Below, piece after piece: positions 53,720 through 64,000 of a stretch of DNA of 64,000 nt. The notes below the pieces were generated by a model. It worked only from the letters and a program-made list of their open reading frames with translations, searched no databases and was not told the DNA's origin. This DNA is from the human T2T-CHM13v2.0 reference genome, Homo sapiens: assembly GCF_009914755.1 (NCBI RefSeq), contig NC_060930.1, one strand, 5' to 3'. Position 1 is the first letter of the stretch. Every line of letters starts with the position of its first letter. Both the position numbers and the translations under genes were made by a program.

Positions 53720-55805
53720 GTATGAAACACACTGCATAGGACAACTAGACAGAGGATCAACAAGGAAATAGAAGACTGGAACAACATTTTAAACCACCTA
53801 GACGTAACACACCTATACAACCCTTCATCCAATAACAGCAGAGGGCATATGCTTCTCAAGTGCACCTGGGACATTCTCGAGGATAGACCATATGTTAGGC
53901 AATAAAACAAGTCTTAAAAGTTTAAAATGATTAAAATCATACAAAGTATGTCCTCCAGCCTCAATGGAATGCAATGAGATATCAATAACAAAGAAATGTG
54001 GAGAATTCAAAAATATGCGGAAATTAAACCACATTCCTAAATAACAAATGGGTCAAACAAGAAACCACAAGAGAAATTAGAAAATACTTTGAGATGAATG
54101 AAGATGAAGACACAACATAACCAAATTTATGTAATAAATTATATAATAAAACATCTATATGAGAAAAGTAGATGCCAAATCAATAACCTAATCTTCTACC
54201 TTAAGAAACTAGAAATAAAGAACCGCAAACTAAACCCATAGCAAGTAGAAGGAAAGAAATGAAGATTAGGGCAGGAGTAAGTAAAATGAAGTACAGAAAA
54301 ACAGTAGAGAAAAATCTATGAAACCTAAAGTCATTTCTTTGAAAAGATCAACAAAATTGACAAATTTTAGTTAGACTGACCAAGGACATAAGAGACTATT
54401 CAAATCACCGAAATCAGAAATGAAAAGGGGGGACACTACTACCAACCTTAGAGAAATAAAAAGAACTATAAGAGAGTGCTGAGGAATCGTATCCCAACAA
54501 ATTAGATTAGCTAAATGAAATGGACAAATTCCTAGAAAGACACAAACTTGAAATTGACTCAAGAAGAAAGAAAAAACTAAAATAGACAAAAAGATTGAAT
54601 CTGCTGTCAAAAAACTTTCTACGAAGAAAAGCCCAGCACTAGATGGCTTCACTCATAAATTCTGTCAAATGTTTAAAAAGGAATCAATGCCAATCCTTCA
54701 CAAACTCTTCCACAAAATAAGAGGAGTGAATGCTTCCTTACCTCTATAAGGCTAGTGTTGCCCTAATACCAAAACCAGACAAAGACATCACAAGGAAACT
54801 ATAGACCATATAGACTATATATTTATGTTAACATTCCTTATTAATACAAATGCAGATATTCTCAATGAAGTAATCTGACAACATATAAAACTTATATGTA
54901 CACCATTACCAAGTAGGTTGTGGTGAACTGCAAATGTGCCACTGCACTCTAGCCTGGGTGACAGGGCAAGACCCTGTCACAAAAAAAAAAAAAAAAAAAA
55001 AAGATGCTCAATGTCAGCCACTATGGAAATGCAAATCAAACTACAGTAAGACATCACTTTATCCCACTAGAATGACTATAACAAGAAAATACCAAAAACT
55101 GAACTAATACGTTCAGTTATAATAACAATAACAAATGTTGATGAACATGTGAAAAAATTGAAATCCTCACACATTTGCTGGTGAAAATGTCAACTGGTAC
55201 AGCCACAGTAGAAAACTGCTTGATAGTTCCTCAAACTGGCATAAGGATGAAGTTAAACTTCTTAAGGAACTCTTAAGCCTTGCAATTCTACGTCTAGTAT
55301 ATATCCAAGAGAATTAAAGATAGGTACTCAAATACTTGTATGTGAATGTTCATAGCAGCATTATTCATAATAGCCACCAAATATTCACCAACTGGAGAAA
55401 GGATAAACAATGAATTGGCATATCCAATGGAATGTTATCTGGCAATACAGATGAATGAATGAGGTATTGATACATGCTACAGTGTGGTTGAACCTTGAAA
55501 ACATTACGCTAAGTGAAAGAAGCCAGATGCAAAAGGCCACATATTGTATGATTCCATTTATATAAAATGCCAAGGATTGGTAAATCCATAGAAACAGAAA
55601 ATAGATTCGTGGTTTCCAGGGACAGGGGGTGACATGGGGCAACCGGAGTGGGGAGCGGCAGGTACAGGTTTTTATTTGGGGGGTATGAAAATGTTCTGGA
55701 ATTAAATAATGGTAATGTTCACACAACCTTGTAAATATCCTTTAAAAATTGAATTGTTTGCCTCTTAAAATGGTTAATTTTATGTTGTTTCAATTATGTC
55801 TCAAT
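53720..55805 (+). mobile_element. L1M(A/B) ORF2 and 3'UTR fragments, with truncated Alu at 54915-55002
   Basis: Degraded ORF2 (ggatagaccatatgttaggc; gatggcttcact...aaattc) and L1MB-like 3' end. Confidence 0.85.
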
Positions 55806-56306
55806 TTTTTGAACGTGTGTGTATATTATATATATAATCCTCTAAACTAACATAAGGAGACTATGGAAAAATACTTAACTGATCCGAAATGTGCAAGAAA
55901 GATGTGAAAAAGCAACATAGACTGGCAGGACAAATAATAGCACATAGAAAATATGGTATATTTTATCTCAAAATATTAACAAACACATTAAATAAAAATA
56001 GACTAAATTCTTGTGTGAAAGCTAAATATTTTCAGGCTGTATTCAAAATATATTGACCTAGATATACATATATGCTGTTGACAAGAAAAGAAAACGCATC
56101 GGAAACTGAAAAGTTGAACGTAAAAAGGTAGAAAATATATACTGTGCAAACAATAACCAAACAAAAACTGGTGTAGCTATGCTAATATCAAAATATCTAT
56201 TAAAGCAAAAAGCATGGTAGGAAAAAGTTTTTCATAATGACAGCAGACTAAGTTCTATTGAAAGATATATAGTTCTAAATTTGCGTGTACCTTGTTACTT
56301 ATCCTC

Positions 56307-56427
56307 AGAGAAGAAGAAGAAAAGGAAGAACAAGAAGGGAGGAGAAGGAGGAGAAGGAGAAGGAGGAGGAGGAGGAGAAGGAGGAGAAGGAGGAGAAGGA
56401 GAAGGAGGAGGAGAGAAGGAGAAGGAA
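56307..56427. repeat. (GAA)/(GGA)n purine-rich low-complexity repeat
   Basis: Direct observation. Confidence 0.95.
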
Positions 56428-56428
56428 G

Positions 56429-56923
56429 TGCGTTCAGCAGCTTCTAAACTGGCTCCCAGTGATCCCGACCTCTTGCTCTTCACATCTGTGTATGATGTAC
56501 GGCTAGACCTGGTGACTCGCTTCTAACAAACAGAACATGGCAAAAGCAGTCACTTCTGAAATCTGGCTGTAAAAGACTGTGACTTGTGGCTGGTGCACAC
56601 ATGTTCTCTTTTTGCCTCCTCTGGCTGGCTTACTATGGGAGAGTCCAGCTGCCATGCTGGGAAGTACCCATAGGACAGGCCCATGAGCCAAGGGACCGAG
56701 GGCGACCTCCCACCAACATCAAGTGAGGAGCTGAGTCCTGCCAGTGCCCACAGGAGCGGGCTTGAGAGAGAATCCTTTCCCAGTCCAGCCTGGTTCACCC
56801 TTTAAACCGCAGCCCTGGAGAGACCTCTAGACAGAGGATCTGGCTAAGCTACATCTGGATTTTTTGTTCCAGAAAGTGTGAGTTTGGGGGTAATTTGCTA
56901 TTCAACAGTAGACGACTAATACA
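56429..56923 (+). mobile_element. MLT1F-like MaLR LTR
   Basis: ggctcccagtgatccc...gacctggtgactcgcttctaac...gggtaatttgctattcaacagtagacgactaataca. Confidence 0.7.
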
Positions 56924-56965
56924 ACCAGGGTGGTCATTCTCACAGCTCACTTTTGATAAATATAC

Positions 56966-57017
<52 letters not shown>
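56966..57017. repeat. (AGAT)13 tetranucleotide STR
   Basis: 13 perfect units counted. Confidence 0.95.
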
Positions 57018-57020
<3 letters not shown>

Positions 57021-57446
57021 GATAAATACAAACAGACATTGATATAGATGGGGTCTCAGACAAAATTTTCATCTTCACGTCCTGTAACAGCTTGCTAAAA
57101 TAGTCTATTCTCTGCATTTAAATGTCCCTTTATGTGGGATTGGATGTACAAATGATCTTATGCCCATACTGTGCAACTCTTTAAGAGAACATGTAGCAAT
57201 GATGGTGATGAATATTTATTACTGTCTTAGATGAGAATTACAATCAGCCCTATTTTTCAAATGAGAACTCTGAGACCAAAAGAGGTTATATAATTTACGT
57301 AAGGTCACCCCCCCCAGTAAGGGCTGGAACAGAGATTTCATAGCAACCAAACCACACCCAAGAACAGCATTCTCTCCTTTTTCATCCTTTGCGCTCTATA
57401 GACCCCAGGGTAATGGTGTGTCGTGGGCTCTTGGCCTTTCTCTGTC

Positions 57447-57754
<308 letters not shown>

Positions 57755-58359
57755 TGGGCTTTCTCTTTCTATGACAATAAGTAAATGTGACATTTCTTGC
57801 CCCTTGAATTTTAGAAGCAATTTGTAGACTTGTCATATGTATGTTATTATAGGTATTTTTGCTAGCCACGCTGTCACTGTCAAGCTCCTGGGTGAAATAA
57901 AATTAGGTAAGTTTTTAGACAAAGCCTTGGTATATAAACTTTTGCTACTCACTGTCTTAAACTCAGGAATGCAATTCATTTGGAATGTGTGCCATCACTC
58001 CTGATGCAAGCTTGGTGCCTGACACTCATTATCCCCAGCAGGAACTTCTTGGTGATTTCCACGGTGAGGGACAGTCATGTCAGCACAGAAAAGACACCAA
58101 ACTTTCGGTTTGATCATCACTAATTACCTCTAGTGGGTGTGATTATGAGAAACTTTTACTTTTCAAATAAATTGGGGAAATGTTTTCATTGTTACAAGCA
58201 TGTTTACATGACTAATTCTTACAAAATATACCTATAGATAGATGCTTCTTGTCCCTGTCTCAAGCTTCCCCAAGGGGGTTTTGCCTGAATATATGGAAAC
58301 TGATGCCCTCGGAGATATGAACATCAGCTCTGTTTCCCTTCTTCCTATTTAAAGATCTG

Positions 58360-58665
58360 GGCTGGGCACGGTGGCTCATGCCTGTAATCCCAGCACTTTG
58401 GGAAGCCAAGGCAGGAGGATCACTTGAGGCCAAGAGTTCAAGAGCAGTCTGGGCAACAGAGTAAGACCCCCATCTCTACCAAAAATAAAAAATAGAAATA
58501 AATTAGCCAGACGTGGTGGTGCATGCCTGTAGTTCCAGCTACTCAGGAGGCCGAGGTGGGTAGATTGCTTGAGTCTGGGAGGTCAAGGCTGCAGTGAGCT
58601 GTGATCACACCACTGCACTTCAGCCTGGGCGACAGAGCGAGACCGTGCCCACCCCACCAAAAAAA
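58360..58665 (+). mobile_element. AluJ, sense
   Basis: Alu consensus; TSD aaagatctg. Confidence 0.9.
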
Positions 58666-58769
58666 GATCTGAGTTCACCCGAGGGAGGCCTCTGGCTTGC
58701 TGGCTGGACGTTCCCCGTTTTAGAGGTGTCCACCCACATGTCACAAGAGCTTTTTAGGTTTTACTATGA

Positions 58770-59124
<355 letters not shown>

Positions 59125-61399
59125 CATTGCCAGGTGTTTCTAAGAGTGGGGGGTGGGAACCTTTCCAACGTTTTGCTTTGGGGCTCAGCTTTACTGCTCT
59201 TCTCTCTTCTTCCTCTGGAGCTGGCGCTCAGAGCTGGTGAGAGCCCTGTGCTGATGAGGTGTGGTCCTAGTTTGAGGAACCATCGCACCCCAGCAGCCCC
59301 GATTCCCACCGAAGACCTTGGTTGGCCACCAGCAGCAACGATTGATCAGCAGAGAGCCCATGAGAGGCAGATTGAACGCACCAGGACCAGTGGGCCTCCT
59401 GGAGAAGGCTGCTCAGGTCAGCAGTCGGCTACTGTCGTTTGGTAAAAGGAAAGATAATCTGTTGATTTTTATGCCTTGCTGTAAATGTTTGCTGGTAGCA
59501 ATCTGTTAGTGTGACAGTCACCACTGTTTTTTATTTTTCTGTATCACTAGAGATGTTCTCTGGAGCTTTAAAGCCTCCTGCAGTGAGAAACTATTACATA
59601 AACACACTGTTTGGAGAGGAGAAAATTCCCTATAATTCTTGTTCTCTAGAGGTGTGTGGTGATCATCAGAACCGCAATCCTCAGCTCCGTCCTGGGGGCC
59701 CCAAATACGGTTCATTCCCTTGGTGTGTTAACCCCCGAACCCCTCATTCTCCGTTTTTAATTTTCCCCTGAAGAAGGAAAGAAGACATTCCCAATGCCTG
59801 TGAGGACAGGGCTCCTGGGGTGAGCCTGCCGATTGTGAAGTTTAAGCCACAAGCTCAGTGATCGTCGGGGTTGTAAGGGTGGTGAGGATGAGACAGATGC
59901 AGATTCAAGAGTCTGCCCTGCTCTGTGCACCTGGCAGTTCTCTCCTTGGCTCGGGCCTTCCCAGATCCTGGAATACTGAACTTTAAGTGGTATCACAGTC
60001 ACACTGCAGCCACAGAGTCAGGCCGTCTCAGTGTTGGTTTGTCTGTCTTGTGACAAGGGCACAAAAGATCCATGACTCCTGCAAGCGGGGAGGTTTGCCG
60101 AGAGAGAGGTGCGCACTGCACGATTAAAGTGTAACCTGAACCACTGCCCTGCAGACTGTGTCAGAGCTCGCGTGTGTGTGCCTGTGGGGGTGTGTGTGTA
60201 GGTGCGCACGTGGAGTGTATGTGTGTGAGCACATGCATGTGTGCTGGGGGGATGTTAACAGCTTCACTGAGGGGTAATTGACATACGATCACACTGTGTT
60301 CAAAGTGTAGAATCTGACAAGTGTTGACGTATGTATACACCCATGAAACCAACACTATACAGTGAACACGTCCATCCCCCCCAGAGATTTTCCTGTGCTT
60401 CTTTGTGATCCCTCCCTCCTGCCCCTCCCACTCTGCCCCACCCCAGGCAATCACTGATCTGCTTTCTGCCACAATACGAAGATTTGCAAACCGCTTATAA
60501 TAACCATTTCTGAGCCCAGCAGGCAAATACTTTCTTTTTGGCGGGTGGGCCTTTCATTGATTGTTTAAACTTCTCAATTCAGAGAGAGAGGGGGAGAAAA
60601 GAGGACAGGAAAGACTGGTGTGGGCCCCTTCTGCGAGGCCTGGCCTTAACCACAACCCCAGCCTGGCTCAAGTGCCCTGGAGCCTCTGCCCACAGGACAG
60701 CCCTGACTTCCCCTCTCCAAGCTTTGCAGGGCCCTCATTACCTTTCCTGGTCAGGCTCTGTACAATCTGGGACTCTTAGCCAGTCCTGACACCAAAACAA
60801 CAAAAACCAGAGACAGGGGGATTGGAGCCAATCCCTGCAACCTCTCTCTCATTCCTGCAGTGCTGACCTGCTAAACCAGGTACTTCCCTCTCTTTCCTTT
60901 CTTAGGGCTTTGCTCCTGGCGCTCTGCTCCTCTTCATTCTGGATCTCTCCTTTACTTGCTTCTCTCCCACCTTCTGCCACCCCTGCAGCCCATGGCAATG
61001 CAAACAGACTCATGTGTGTCCTCAGTCTGTTTGCAGAACCATAGCCCTGGCCTGGCTCTGCTCAAGGGCACCCTCCCTCCATTCGCCAAGTCCCGCACCT
61101 GCGGGATGCAGGTGGGGCTGGGAATGGGCACTCCCCTGACCCCACTCCAGCATCAATCCAATCCCCCTCCGATGCAGGAAGGTTCCAGATGTTGGGGAGC
61201 CATGGAAATTGTTCAGTGTACATATGGTGTTCTGGCTTGGGCAAATCATGATGAAGACAATTTTCCCACAAAATAGGAGGGAACATCCGTGATGGTGCCT
61301 GGTTCATTTCCTGGCACATGTAGGCATCAGAACACTGAAGGGCTTATACCAGAGATTTATTGGGGTTGTGGAAAAAACAAAAATCGGAAGAGTAGAGTT

Positions 61400-63040
61400 T
61401 AGTAGGCAGATGTAGATTTTAAAAGCTCGGTAAGAGGTACATAAACATTTCTTCAACAGGACACAAAAATCACTAACCCAAAAGAAAAAGATTGGTACAT
61501 TAGGTGATAGTAAAATTAAGAATTTCTTTTCATCAGTGAGAGAGTAAAAAGGAATATACAGTAGCTAAAAGACCCATATCTGGAATATATAAAGAATTTC
61601 TACAAACTAGCAAGAAAACGTTGATGATTCAATAGAAAAAAAAAGAGCCAAAGAAATAAACAGCTAGAAATGGATGGCAGCAATGGTGGTACATCAACGT
61701 GAATGTAGCTAATGTCGCCGAGCTGCACAACTGGTAAAAATGGGAGCTGGGTACAGTGGCTCATGCCTGCAATCCGAGCTACTCAGGTGGCTGAGGCAGG
61801 AGGATCACTTGAGCCCAGGAGTTCAAAGACAGCCTGGGCAACATAGCAAGACCCCCATCTCAAAAGAAAAAAAGTAAAAATGGTAAATTTTATGTTCATA
61901 TATATATATAATCAGAGTTAAAAATAATAAAATAATTTAATTAATTGTAAAAAGAAATTAACAGCTGCTTCACAAAAGAAAGAAAAAATAAAAGCAGGAA
62001 GGAAAGGGAAGGGAAGGAAGAAAGAAACAAAAAAATGATGTAATTGGCCAAGAAAAAATTAAAAATGCTCAACCTCATAAGGCATCAAGCACATTAAAAC
62101 CACAGTGAGAAACCAATACTCACCTACCAGAATGTCTAAAACTATAAGGATTGTTAATACTAAGTGCTGGGAGAAATATGAGGTAACTGAAATGCTCATA
62201 CACTGCTAGTGAGAATGTAAAATAGCACAACCACTTGGGAAAACTCTTTGGCAGTATCTACTAACACCAGCATATTCCACTACCCAGAAATGCCACTCCT
62301 AGGCATAGCCCCAAAAGAAATGTGAAAACATGTTCACCAGTGATGTGCAAATGTCCATCAACAGGAGAATGGCTGGCCAGGTGCTGTGGCTCACGCCTGT
62401 AATCCCAGCACTGCGGGAGGCCAATCATTTGAGCGTAGGAGTTCAAGACCAGTCTGGGCAACATAGTAAGATCCCCATCTCTACAAAAAATTTTAAAAAT
62501 TAGCTGGGTGTGGTGGTGCACACCTGTGGTCCTAGCTACTTGAGAAGCTGTGGCAGGAGAATCACTTGAGCCCAGGAGTCAGAGGCTGCAGTGCATCGTG
62601 ATTCACCTCTGCACTCCAGCCTGGGTGACAGAGCAAGCCCCTGTCTCTAAAAAAAAATAACAATAATAAGTTAATTTTAAAAAAAACCAGGAGAATGCCT
62701 AAATACATTGTAATATACTTATAAATGAATTCTTATGGTAATGAAAGTGTATTAGCAACTGCTAAACCCAGCTGATGAATCTCACCAACATGCTGAACAA
62801 AAGAAGCCAGATACAGAGGAATTTATACCACATGATTACATCAGACAAGGTTAAAACCCAGGCCAAACTATGGCGTTAAGAGTCAGTGAGCTGCTTAGTG
62901 CTTCAGGGAATGGTGCTTGCAGGGAGGGAGGCTCTGGTAATATTCTCTTTCTTGATTTGGGTCTGGTGTCCCAGGTATGCCTACTTTGTGACAATTCATC
63001 AAGGTGTACTCGGGGTTGGTAGCTTTTCTGTATATGTATT
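61400..63040 (+). mobile_element. Old L1M 3' fragments interrupted by a FLAM-like monomer (61746-61873) and AluJ (62375-62687)
   Basis: ctcatacactgctagtgagaatgtaaaatagcacaaccactt L1 motif; Alu TSD caggagaatg(g/c)ct. Confidence 0.7.
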
Positions 63041-63044
63041 ACAC

Positions 63045-63045
<1 letters not shown>

Positions 63046-63125
<80 letters not shown>

Positions 63126-63130
63126 TTTTT
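63046..63130. repeat. (CT)n(AT)n(T)n compound microsatellite at Alu tail
   Basis: Direct observation. Confidence 0.9.
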
Positions 63131-63411
63131 GGATACAGGGTCTCACTCTGTCACCCAGGCTGGAGTGCAGTGTTGAGATCTAGGCACACTGAAACCTCCG
63201 CCTCCCAGGTTCAAGTGATCCTCGTGCCTCAGCCTCCTGAGTAGCTGGGATTACAGGCACGCGCCACCATACCCAGATAATTTTTGTATTTTTAGTAGAG
63301 ATGGGATTTCACCATGTTGGCCAGGATGGTCTCAATCTCCTGACCTCATGATCTGCCCACCTCAGCCTCCCAAAGTGCTGGGATTACAGGCATGAGCCAC
63401 TGCGCCCGGCC
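63107..63411 (-). mobile_element. AluS, antisense
   Basis: Alu consensus. Confidence 0.9.
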
Positions 63412-63450
63412 TTAAGTTTATTTTTAAAAGCTCCTACTGATTGAAGCATA

Positions 63451-63764
<314 letters not shown>

Positions 63765-63780
63765 TAAAACAAACTCTTCT

Positions 63781-64000
63781 GGCTGGGCCTGGTGGCTCAT
63801 GCCTATAATCCCAGCCCTATGGGAGGCTGAGGCAGGTGGAACACTTGAGGTCAGGAGTTTGAGACCAGTCTGGCCAACATGGCAAAATCCCGTCTCTACT
63901 AAAAATACAAAAATTACCCAGGTGTGGTGGAGAACACTTGTAATCCCAGCCCTATGGGAGGCTGAGCCAGGTGGATTGCTTGAACTTGGGAGATGGAGGT
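63781..64000 (+). mobile_element. AluS, sense (runs off window)
   Basis: Alu consensus. Confidence 0.9.

Noticed and set aside
56281-56526. Gly/Glu-, Glu/Lys- and Pro/Ser-rich ORFs
   Set aside because: Translations of the GGA/GAA simple repeat

Overview
Primate (human-like) genomic DNA holding the 3' half of CDYL (chromodomain Y-like; from memory chr6p25, not checked) on the + strand. It contains ~30 kb of a large intron, five coding exons (30527-30783, 32577-32749, 38557-38767, 47275-47418, 48907-49065) and a ~1.5 kb 3'UTR with tandem poly(A) signals. The exons splice in frame with GT-AG boundaries and encode the hinge plus the crotonase-fold CoA-pocket domain; the chromodomain exon lies upstream of the window. 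The remainder is Alu, L1, L2, MIR, LTR and DNA-transposon relics and microsatellites. There is no prokaryotic system, CRISPR array or structural RNA gene, and I cannot support a new protein-coding system. The most unusual signal is a chimeric retro-insertion at 20385-20886: an AluY fused by microhomology to a 178-bp copy of sequence from 10.8 kb upstream, with fold-back filler, all inside one 14-bp TSD. It is one of several local templated-copy or fold-back scars in the locus. Regulatory candidates include a head-to-head inverted Alu pair in the last intron, an AP-1/NRF2 motif cluster, CTCF-like motifs, miR-101/miR-181 8mers split by alternative poly(A) sites, and exon starts that reconstitute 5' splice sites. 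Repeat family names and boundaries are by eye and approximate.
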